Assembly (NCBI GenBank): GCA_049414405.1 | Contig: JBMSAQ010000039.1 | Coordinates: forward strand, 1-9,923 | Source: Candidatus Nanopusillus sp. | Lineage (GTDB): Archaea; Nanobdellota; Nanobdellia; Nanobdellales; Nanobdellaceae | DNA: 9,923 nt | Reading direction: 5' to 3' | In this document: positions 1-6,975 of the stretch, piece after piece | How the letters are laid out: each line of letters opens with the position of its first letter | Numbering within the stretch: the first letter of the stretch is position 1 | Program-made: the position numbers and the translations under genes | Notes under the pieces: generated by a model | Databases searched by the model: none | Told to the model about the DNA's origin: nothing | The model's input: the letters and a program-made list of their open reading frames with translations, nothing else

Positions 1-647
1 ACATATGCTCCATAGAATGTATCTGTTAATATTCTAGCTAAAATAACTAATAATAAAAAAGTAATAGCTTTGTATATTATTAATCCTATTTTTTCATGTA
101 TGTAATCTTTAAAATATTTTAAATTTAATATTTTATTAAAAATTTTAATTATTTTGTCATAATATATTATTAAATTAATAAACAATTCTTTCAAGAAAAA
201 TTTATTAATTTTATATTTTTCTTTTATATAGAATTTTTTATTTCCTAAATATGTTAATAAAAAATTTTCATATATTTTGATGTTTTTCCCAAATATTATA
301 TAAGAATCTATTAAATGAAAGATTAAGAATTTTTTTCTTATTAAACTGATAAACCCATCTTTAAATTTTCTTTTTCTATATATATCGTAAATATTTTTAT
401 TTACATTATTGTATATTATTATATTATTTCCTTCAATTTTTAATTTTCTGATATCTTTTTTATTTTCTAACAAATAAAATGTTAGATTATACCTGTCTTT
501 TAATTTAAGTGCTATGTCTTTATATTTTTTATATGTTATACAAATTAGATTCAAATTATTTTTTTGGCAAAAATCGTATAATAATCTAATATTATAAATT
601 AATTTTTTTGTATCTTTATTTAAAAAAATATAAATTACATTATCCAT
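1..647 (-). CDS. hypothetical protein, partial (C-terminus runs off the left window edge); third gene of the aglB-led minus-strand operon
   Basis: Found by manual minus-strand translation. The ATG is at 647..645 (MDNVIYIFLNKDTKKLIYNIRLLYDFCQKNN...) and an in-frame TAG lies just upstream at 662..660. I checked all 215 plus-strand triplets from 3 to 647 and none is TTA, CTA or TCA, so the frame is open to the edge, in DNA where stop codons are compositionally common. The start overlaps the upstream gene's stop (642..640) by 8 nt. A hydrophobic segment (IGLIIYKAITFLLLVILARIL) begins near the edge. It is probably absent from the ORF track because no stop codon lies in the window. I recognise no family. 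Confidence 0.6.
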   Translation of the reverse strand, partial: MDNVIYIFLNKDTKKLIYNIRLLYDFCQKNNLNLICITYKKYKDIALKLKDRYNLTFYLLENKKDIRKLKIEGNNIIIYNNVNKNIYDIYRKRKFKDGFISLIRKKFLIFHLIDSYIIFGKNIKIYENFLLTYLGNKKFYIKEKYKINKFFLKELFINLIIYYDKIIKIFNKILNLKYFKDYIHEKIGLIIYKAITFLLLVILARILTDTFYGAY

Positions 648-1650
648 ATAAAAAAGCTGCTATCGTTATTACAATTTGTAATAAAATTATTGTATATACC
701 ACCATTTTTTCTGTTGCTTTTCCAAATAATTTTTTATTTATCCTAATTGCAAGATGAGTAATGCTGTATATTTTGTTATATGGTTCTTTTAAATTATTAT
801 TTTCATCAGGTATTCCAAAATTTTCTTTATATACGTGATTTAATAATCCTCTAATAAACAATATTAATTCTAAGAAATATAGCGTAAATAAAATTAATCC
901 AAATTTTTCAAAATTTCCTAATATTACTATTGCACCGAATAAGGATCCAATACCATATGTAAATGCATTTCCTGGAAATACTTTTGATGGATGCCAATTA
1001 AACATTAGAAATGCCATTATTGAAAATATCGTTATCAAAGATATCTCTGCTAGATAATAATTACCAGTTAAATATGATTTTAGTCCAACAGCGCCAATCA
1101 ACAAGATACCCATAGATCCTTCTAGACCATTATATCCAGCAATCATATTGAATGCATTTGATGTACCCATTATTACAATTGGCACTATTAATAGTGGATA
1201 TAATATTCCAAGGTTTACTTCTCCTATAAATGGTAGATTAATATATGAGCTACCTGCTGATATTATCATTAATGGTAATGCTAATATAAATGAGAGAATT
1301 GCCTTTTGTAAAGGTTTCATGCCTTTTTTCCATCCCAATATATCATCAAATAACCCCAATATTGTAATTAATGATAATAGTGTCAATATTGAAAATACTT
1401 CTACTAAATTTTGCGTAGTTCCAAATATATATACTTTTAATCCTATATATAATAGTATTCCAAATATTGTACCGATTATTGCATATAAACCTCCAATTTC
1501 TGCTACTTTTGGTTTATCATACTTATTCATATCTTTTCCCACATATCCTTCTCTATGAGCAACAGGTATCCACTTTTTTATTAGATAATATGAAACAAAA
1601 AAAGACAATATTAGTGGTAATGTAGCAATTAAAATTTCTTTATACATCAT
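640..1650 (-). CDS. aglH: UDP-GlcNAc:dolichyl-phosphate GlcNAc-1-phosphate transferase (glycosyltransferase family 4, MraY/WecA/GPT superfamily; AglH-like)
   Basis: The 336-aa polytopic membrane protein carries the family motifs FDDILG (D102, D103) and NAFNMIAGYNGLE (165-177). The latter matches the eukaryote/archaeal GPT form N-A-x-N-x-x-A-G-x-N-G-L-E rather than the bacterial DGxDGL form. PSKVFPGNAFTYGIG aligns with the family's GD(T/S) motif region. The start (ATGATG at 1650..1645) overlaps the aglB stop (1642..1640). Confidence 0.85.
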   Translation of the reverse strand: MMYKEILIATLPLILSFFVSYYLIKKWIPVAHREGYVGKDMNKYDKPKVAEIGGLYAIIGTIFGILLYIGLKVYIFGTTQNLVEVFSILTLLSLITILGLFDDILGWKKGMKPLQKAILSFILALPLMIISAGSSYINLPFIGEVNLGILYPLLIVPIVIMGTSNAFNMIAGYNGLEGSMGILLIGAVGLKSYLTGNYYLAEISLITIFSIMAFLMFNWHPSKVFPGNAFTYGIGSLFGAIVILGNFEKFGLILFTLYFLELILFIRGLLNHVYKENFGIPDENNNLKEPYNKIYSITHLAIRINKKLFGKATEKMVVYTIILLQIVITIAAFLYG

Positions 1651-4600
1651 AATAACTTTTTAAATTCTCATAATAGGCTAAGTTATATATTCTTCCACAT
1701 TCATTTATTTGTTGAATATTCGTTGCAAGATAAATACAATATAAGTGGTCAGGAACTGTGAAATTTTCAGGGAAATTTATCTTCCATACTTTTGCTGGTG
1801 GGATATCATAATATATTATTGGAGAGAATCCGTATAGTAAATTTGAATAAAATACGAGCTCAAATGTTCCATTATAATTATTATTTAAAAAGTAAAGTTG
1901 TACCCAATTATATTGTGTGGCTTTTTGTGATATGAAATATGCATATAAGAACAATCCTAGAGGATTTTGCTGTCTTAATAATGAATAGGCTGGAGATATA
2001 TATAATAACCCACCATATTGGGAATCATTAAATGTAACTAATTGTCCGTTTATATATACATGTTTTAATGAAAGTGTATATTGTTGATTATTTAATGGAT
2101 TATAGATATATACATATGCTTCTATTAAATTGTCTGGATTAATATTGTTTATATCTAATGTTTGATATATTCCAGATCTTCTTACTATAGATTGGTTAAA
2201 TAATAATTGAACACCTGTTATTATTCCACAACTATTTTGATTAATTATACCCTTATTATGTACATATATACACCTATTTATTATTGTCCCATTAATATTT
2301 AAAGTTTCATCCAATGGTTCTTGACCAAAGTAAAATAAACTATTGTTTGTTGCAAATATATAATATCCATTATAATATACTGATGGTATTGCTGGTCCTG
2401 GATTTGCTGTTGTTCCAGATACAAACAGAGATATCCAAGATTCTTTGTCATAGCTTTCATTTGATCCTAAAAATTGAAATGCAAAAGATTTTCCTATATC
2501 TGTAGGATCTATGTATAAATATGCCGGTTTCAAATAATTCATTTCATATAATTTTTCTAGTAATTCTATATTTCTTTGAGATAAATTATACGATGAAATA
2601 GATTCAGAAGAACCGTTGAATTGATATAATAGATTTATCCAATTTTTATATCCCAATGAATCTTTTAATTTTTTAATTTCATTTACTTCACTTTCATTAA
2701 ATCCTAAGTATATATATAAATAATCATAAAATATAGAGTTTTTATTGAATAATTCTAATGTTTTAAATGTTTGATAATTATAATTTGCATGTACATAAAA
2801 TAATTCTAATGTTTGTGTTATATTTTCTGAAGATAATCCGTATCTGCCCATTAAATGGTTCCAATATGGGTAAGAATTTGCACCATTTATCCAGGCAGTT
2901 CTATTTCCTATCACATAAATATAATATCCATAATCCCACCAAGAATTTATAATGGAGTCTTGGGGAGTATTTTGACTTATCCATAAGAAAGTATTTATTA
3001 AATAGTCTGGAGTTCCGTATGGAGCAGCACTTGAAAAATAGTTAATTATGTATCCAGGATATCCGTAAATTCTATTATTTATAGAAAATAAAGCACCAAA
3101 TATTGTAAATAAGATTAAACTATATTTAAATAAATTAAATAAATCTAAATATTTATTCAATATATACCCATATAGAATATATATTGCTAAAAATACTAAT
3201 GGAATTAAGAATAAAAATATTTTTGTTGATATAAATAGAGATATTCCAGAAATAGATGAAATTAATAATAATATTAATATTAAATTTTCTTTTATAATAT
3301 TTTTTAACCTAGAAAATTCGTCCCTAAATAAATTAAATATTTCTATACCGAGTATATATAATAGTGGAAGAGCTAGACCACTGTAAAAGACCAATCTATA
3401 TGTATATTTTCCTAAAAGAAGAGCTATAAGCGATAGTAATAATATAAAGATTTCTTTGTCGCTTAGATTTCTATTAAATAATGAAATGTAAATTAATAAA
3501 ATTAAAAAAGAAATCCAAGATATAAACATATTTATAAATATACCATTAATTACTAAATCTGAAAATATTATAAATTGAAGCGCAATTGACAACGCAGATA
3601 CTTCAAAAATTGTCTTTATTAAAATATATTTATTATTTTCTCTATTATATGATATTATAAATGCAGAATATATTAGTAAATAAAATATTAAAATATATAT
3701 AGAAGGGCTAATGAGAAGTTCTGATACAGCTAATATAAATATAAATAAGAATTGTGAAATTAAAAGATTTTTAGGTTTAGTTCTATCAAATATTAAATAT
3801 CCTAAACCTAAATAAGTTAATACTAAGCCAATCTGTCCAAATAAACTTAAATAATATCCTGCGGTGGTTGGTTGAAATTCTGCAACTGTGGAACCAATTC
3901 TTTCATAGGTAAATGGGTTATACAAGAAAGATATAATTAATTTATTAATTAAAAAAGGCAATGATATGGCAAGAATTATTAGAAATATTATATATTTTTT
4001 TAGTAATTTGTTGTCTTTGATATACTTTCTTATAATGTATATTAATATTCCCGGAATTATTCCAGATAAAATAGATAATATCAATAGATATGTTTTATTT
4101 TCAGTAATTATTTCCAATATCTTATTATCTTTGAATATTTCATATAAAAATAATACAAGCATTGAAAGTTCTATAAACAAATTCTCATAACTTAAAAACA
4201 AATCAATTCCTAAAGATCCAGGTATTATTAATTCGTCTAATATTCCAGTAAATCCTATATATGGTAGGTAGAAGTATATATCCTTATAATCTCTATCATA
4301 AAAGTATCTAACCAATAATATTAAACCAAAAACAATTGGTATTATTATCCAACCACCCCAACCTTTCCTAGCTAATGCGGTAGTAAATATTAATAATGTT
4401 AGATAATAAGCTCTCGATCCTTTAAATATTGGATATAATAATAAGAGTATAAAGAAGAATATAAATAATTCAATTGTTAAATATACGTCAGGATTTGGTA
4501 ATAAAGACGTTTTATAAAATATTATTAAGCTAATAATAGAATAAAGAATTAAGAGTAACTTTTTGTATTTGTTATCTTCTGGTTTTGCATTAAGATATTT

Positions 4601-5218
4601 AATTATAAGGTAAAAAGATAGTACTAAAAAAATAATTGCACCCAATTCAGTATCAAACGAGATCAATCTTGTTGTCAAGAACGGGTTTATAGCAAGAATT
4701 ATAGAAGAAAAAAATGCTAAATATCTATCTTCAAATATATTTTTTGCTAAGAAATAAAATATAATTGAAGCAATTGCTGATACGTATACGTTGGTAAAGT
4801 TTGCTGATAACCATAATATATTATTGGATGCCGGATATATTTGTAAAATATTTAATAATGCGATAATCTGACTGCCAAAATTTTGGAACATTAAATAAGA
4901 TAAAAATGCTAAATAAGATACAAGATTTTTATTGTACAAATAAAATGGTAATGGATAATGTAAATCATAGGTAATACTATTTAATGTATGATTAAATACT
5001 AAAGATTCAAAATATTTAAACATTAAATATGCATCAGGCCCTACTAAAGAATAATCTCCCAAGAAATTAATTAATAAACCTTTTGATCCTAAAGCAAATA
5101 AAAATATAAATATAATTATTAATATGTCTATAAATATATTCTTTGATAATATTTTTCTAAATCTATTAAATTTTGTTTCTTGATGATTATTATTTAAATC
5201 AGAATTTTCAGATATCAT
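1640..5218 (-). CDS. aglB: dolichyl-(pyro)phosphooligosaccharide-protein glycosyltransferase, STT3/AglB family, unusually large (1192 aa)
   Basis: The signature WWDYGY is at residues 760-765 (nt 2941..2924), followed by GNRTAWINGANSYPYWNHLMG, which resembles the eukaryotic STT3 NRTT..WNNTHIA block. An EL5 motif STVAEFQPTT (T444-E447, nt 3889..3878) resembles STT3 SVSEHQPTT. SFDTE (D189, E191) resembles STT3 SYDNE. GPDAY (D62) lies in the first loop. A DK-type motif TDIGKSFAF (D907-K910, nt 2500..2489) resembles STT3 DDINKFLWM. Many TM helices occupy the first ~715 residues. Confidence 0.92.
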   Translation of the reverse strand: MISENSDLNNNHQETKFNRFRKILSKNIFIDILIIIFIFLFALGSKGLLINFLGDYSLVGPDAYLMFKYFESLVFNHTLNSITYDLHYPLPFYLYNKNLVSYLAFLSYLMFQNFGSQIIALLNILQIYPASNNILWLSANFTNVYVSAIASIIFYFLAKNIFEDRYLAFFSSIILAINPFLTTRLISFDTELGAIIFLVLSFYLIIKYLNAKPEDNKYKKLLLILYSIISLIIFYKTSLLPNPDVYLTIELFIFFFILLLLYPIFKGSRAYYLTLLIFTTALARKGWGGWIIIPIVFGLILLVRYFYDRDYKDIYFYLPYIGFTGILDELIIPGSLGIDLFLSYENLFIELSMLVLFLYEIFKDNKILEIITENKTYLLILSILSGIIPGILIYIIRKYIKDNKLLKKYIIFLIILAISLPFLINKLIISFLYNPFTYERIGSTVAEFQPTTAGYYLSLFGQIGLVLTYLGLGYLIFDRTKPKNLLISQFLFIFILAVSELLISPSIYILIFYLLIYSAFIISYNRENNKYILIKTIFEVSALSIALQFIIFSDLVINGIFINMFISWISFLILLIYISLFNRNLSDKEIFILLLSLIALLLGKYTYRLVFYSGLALPLLYILGIEIFNLFRDEFSRLKNIIKENLILILLLISSISGISLFISTKIFLFLIPLVFLAIYILYGYILNKYLDLFNLFKYSLILFTIFGALFSINNRIYGYPGYIINYFSSAAPYGTPDYLINTFLWISQNTPQDSIINSWWDYGYYIYVIGNRTAWINGANSYPYWNHLMGRYGLSSENITQTLELFYVHANYNYQTFKTLELFNKNSIFYDYLYIYLGFNESEVNEIKKLKDSLGYKNWINLLYQFNGSSESISSYNLSQRNIELLEKLYEMNYLKPAYLYIDPTDIGKSFAFQFLGSNESYDKESWISLFVSGTTANPGPAIPSVYYNGYYIFATNNSLFYFGQEPLDETLNINGTIINRCIYVHNKGIINQNSCGIITGVQLLFNQSIVRRSGIYQTLDINNINPDNLIEAYVYIYNPLNNQQYTLSLKHVYINGQLVTFNDSQYGGLLYISPAYSLLRQQNPLGLFLYAYFISQKATQYNWVQLYFLNNNYNGTFELVFYSNLLYGFSPIIYYDIPPAKVWKINFPENFTVPDHLYCIYLATNIQQINECGRIYNLAYYENLKSYYDV

Positions 5219-5271
5219 TTTTACATAATTTTAATAAAAGATTTAAAAATTATTTTATAATTACTTACAAT
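5219..5271. promoter_or_regulatory. 53-bp divergent promoter region between aglB (-) and rps28e (+) with a central A/T-only TATA-like element
   Basis: This is the whole spacer between the two divergent ATGs (5218 and 5272). ATTTAAAAAT at 5241..5250 is centred about 26.5 nt from the rps28e ATG and about 27.5 nt from the aglB ATG. That is the usual archaeal TATA-to-TSS spacing if both mRNAs are leaderless. A-rich BRE-like sequence flanks it on both sides. A second TATA-like TTTTATAA lies at 5253..5260. There is no experimental support. Confidence 0.4.
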
Positions 5272-5565
5272 ATGCCTAAAAGAGTTGTATCGAAAACTGG
5301 TGAAGAAGGCATAAGAAATGCTGAAGAAAATATTGTAAAAGAAAATATTGTAACATGGACTAAAGGATATAAAGCAGAAGTATTAGATGTTGTAGGAAGA
5401 ACCGGCATGAGGGGTGAAGCCACACATGTTATTGTGAGGGTACTTGATGGTCCAGATTCTGGAAAAATCCTCAGAAGAAATGTAATAGGACCTATTAGAA
5501 AGGGAGATATGGTATTATTAAGGGAGACAGAGATATCAGCTATGCCAATTGAAAAGAAAGATTAA
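5272..5565 (+). CDS. rps28e: 30S ribosomal protein S28e (eS28) with an N-terminal extension
   Basis: The core AEVLDVVGRTGMRGEATHVIVRVLDGPDSGKILRRNVIGPIRKGDMVLLRETE is a clear match to the S28e pattern (..GRTG..G....V.V.......G....RNV.GP.R.GD...L.E.E). I chose the start at the ATG of MPKRVV (5272). The track's 5173 start would overlap aglB and the promoter spacer and adds only low-complexity sequence. Confidence 0.9.
   Translation: MPKRVVSKTGEEGIRNAEENIVKENIVTWTKGYKAEVLDVVGRTGMRGEATHVIVRVLDGPDSGKILRRNVIGPIRKGDMVLLRETEISAMPIEKKD
5326..5355 (+). repeat. in-frame 15-bp tandem duplication (2 copies, 14/15 identical) inside the rps28e N-terminal extension
   Basis: GAAAATATTGTAAAA (5326..5340) is followed directly by GAAAATATTGTAACA (5341..5355). 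The copies encode ENIVK-ENIVT. This was read directly from the sequence. Confidence 0.7.
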
Positions 5566-5567
5566 TT

Positions 5568-5747
5568 ATGGTCGTTAAAAACAAGTGTTCATATTGTGGA
5601 AGTGAAATTGATCCAGGTACTGGGATAATATATGCTTTAAATAGTGGTATTGTTTTATATTTCTGTTCGAGGAAGTGCATTAGGAATTGGGAAATGAAAA
5701 GGGATAATAAAAAACTAAAATGGACAATTTTTTATAATAAAACATGA
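5568..5747 (+). CDS. rpl24e: 50S ribosomal protein L24e (eL24), 59 aa; not in the supplied ORF track
   Basis: Manual translation gives MVVKNKCSYCGSEIDPGTGIIYALNSGIVLYFCSRKCIRNWEMKRDNKKLKWTIFYNKT. The C-x2-C...C-x3-C zinc-ribbon arrangement and the C.YCG..I.PGTG.......G....FCS.KC pattern are typical of archaeal L24e. It starts 2 nt after the rps28e stop, and its TGA overlaps the ndk ATG (ATGA at 5744..5747). Confidence 0.85.
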   Translation: MVVKNKCSYCGSEIDPGTGIIYALNSGIVLYFCSRKCIRNWEMKRDNKKLKWTIFYNKT

Positions 5748-6337
5748 ATGGAAGACATTTAATACAAAGGACATTAGTGATATTAAAACCAGATAGTGTT
5801 AAAAGGGGAATTATTGGGGAAATAATATCTAGATTTGAAAGGGCTGGTTTAAAAATTGTGGGATTAAAAATGATAAAATTAACTAGGGAACAGGCAGAAA
5901 AATTTTATTATGCAGATGAAAAATGGTTAGAAAGCGTTGGAAATAAGACAACAACAAGATATAAGGAGGTAGGATTGGATCCTGTAAAAGAATTTGGGAC
6001 TGATGATCCAAAGAAAATTGGGAGTATAATAAGAGGATGGCTGGTAGATTTTATAACATCTAGTCCAGTAGTTGCTATAGTATTGGAAGGTGTTAATTGT
6101 GTAGAAGTAGTTAGAAAATTAGTTGGACCTACAGAACCTTTAAAAGCTCCACCAGGTACTATTAGAGGCGATTATGCTCATGTATCAATAGCTTATGCAA
6201 ATTGGAATAAGATTGTTTTAAGAAATGTTGTTCACGCATCCGAGACTGAGAAAGATGCGGAAAGGGAAATATCTATAATATTCAGGCCAGAAGAAATATA
6301 TAATTATGAGAGGAATATTGAAGAAGTCATCTATTAA
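5744..6337 (+). CDS. ndk: nucleoside diphosphate kinase, long form (197 aa) with two insertions
   Basis: RTLVILKPDSVKRGIIGEIISRFERAGLKIVGLKM, SSPVVAIVLEG.N.VEVVRKLVGPT.P..A.PGTIRGDY and NVVHAS (catalytic His164, nt 6233..6235) all match the NDK family. The position after rps28e-rpl24e matches the gene order I recall as conserved in archaea. Confidence 0.92.
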   Translation: MNGRHLIQRTLVILKPDSVKRGIIGEIISRFERAGLKIVGLKMIKLTREQAEKFYYADEKWLESVGNKTTTRYKEVGLDPVKEFGTDDPKKIGSIIRGWLVDFITSSPVVAIVLEGVNCVEVVRKLVGPTEPLKAPPGTIRGDYAHVSIAYANWNKIVLRNVVHASETEKDAEREISIIFRPEEIYNYERNIEEVIY

Positions 6338-6968
6338 AGATAAAATTTTGATTTTTTTAATAGTATTTTCGATTGTCATGATAATAGCATCAATAATGTA
6401 TAGATATTTATTTCATCCAGTATACTCTCTTAAATTACCATATGTTTACGATATTTTAGATAACGAAACTGAAATTGGATATTATGAACTAAATTTAACA
6501 ACTTATGATATAATTAAAATATCAATAAATGGTGTACTTAATCCAAAAAATCTTAATTTTAATAATCCAAATATTTCTGTAGAATTTATTAATAAAGTAA
6601 ACAATCATTTATTGAATAATTCTTTATATATGAAAAATTACGAATTGTATTATAAAAAATTAAACATAATATATCCGCAATATTCGTTTATACTATGCAT
6701 AGAAGATTCCTGTGGGGCTTTTGTATTTACTAGTAATGGGATTACAAATATACCAATTTCATATATAAGTAATATAAATAATACGTTGGTAATTTATCTT
6801 TCGTATCCAATGTCAGAAAAGATTTTAAATTATTTAGAATATAATGATGGAAATTTTGTAGATATAATTAAAAATGGGTTAGAAAAGGGGGAAATTAAAG
6901 TATTAAATAATAATCAATTAGTTCAAAATATTCTTAATTTGTACACCCTTAATATTAGTATAGAATAA
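6306..6968 (+). CDS. hypothetical membrane-anchored (predicted extracellular) Asn-rich protein
   Basis: This 220-aa ORF has a basic N-terminus (MRGILKKSSIKDK) followed by one hydrophobic helix (ILIFLIVFSIVMIIASIMY). The rest is Asn/Tyr/Ile-rich with 6 N-x-S/T sequons (N53, N63, N89, N104, N158, N216) and 2 Cys. The start overlaps the ndk 3' end by 32 nt. Later starts would truncate the helix. I recognise no family. Confidence 0.55.
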   Translation: MRGILKKSSIKDKILIFLIVFSIVMIIASIMYRYLFHPVYSLKLPYVYDILDNETEIGYYELNLTTYDIIKISINGVLNPKNLNFNNPNISVEFINKVNNHLLNNSLYMKNYELYYKKLNIIYPQYSFILCIEDSCGAFVFTSNGITNIPISYISNINNTLVIYLSYPMSEKILNYLEYNDGNFVDIIKNGLEKGEIKVLNNNQLVQNILNLYTLNISIE

Positions 6969-6975
6969 AATTAAA

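Noticed and set aside
1148-1558. 136-aa plus-strand ORF from the track
   Set aside because: It lies entirely antisense within the aglH-like CDS, which has clear family motifs. The product is low-complexity Ile/Asn/Pro-rich with no recognisable features. It is a typical shadow ORF.
2314-2505. 63-aa plus-strand ORF from the track
   Set aside because: It is antisense inside aglB, over the region encoding the DK motif. It has no motif or independent signals and is a shadow ORF.
2748-2814. 16-nt exact direct repeat AATAATTCTAATGTTT at 2748..2763 and 2799..2814, 51 nt apart and in frame inside aglB (encoding TLELF twice)
   Set aside because: The sequence between and beyond the copies shows no further similarity. 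By rough estimate, several 16-mers could recur by chance in 10 kb of DNA this AT-biased. This is not enough to call an internal duplication.
2767-2952. 61-aa plus-strand ORF from the track
   Set aside because: It is antisense inside aglB, directly opposite the WWDYGY-encoding segment. It is a shadow ORF.
3966-4190. 74-aa plus-strand ORF from the track
   Set aside because: It is antisense inside the aglB TM region. Its hydrophobicity simply mirrors the TM-coding strand. It is a shadow ORF.
5181-5215. Possible C/D-box sRNA (TGATGA at 5181..5186 followed by two CAGA motifs)
   Set aside because: There is no true D box (CUGA), no terminal stem and no C'/D' pair. The segment lies antisense within the first codons of aglB. 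It is most likely chance.
5173-5271. Upstream 33-codon extension of the S28e ORF (track start at 5173)
   Set aside because: It would overlap the aglB start and consume the whole divergent promoter spacer. The added sequence (MFLDDYYLNQNFQISFLHNFNKRFKNYFIITYN) is low-complexity and unlike S28e. The ATG at 5272 is correctly spaced from a TATA-like box.
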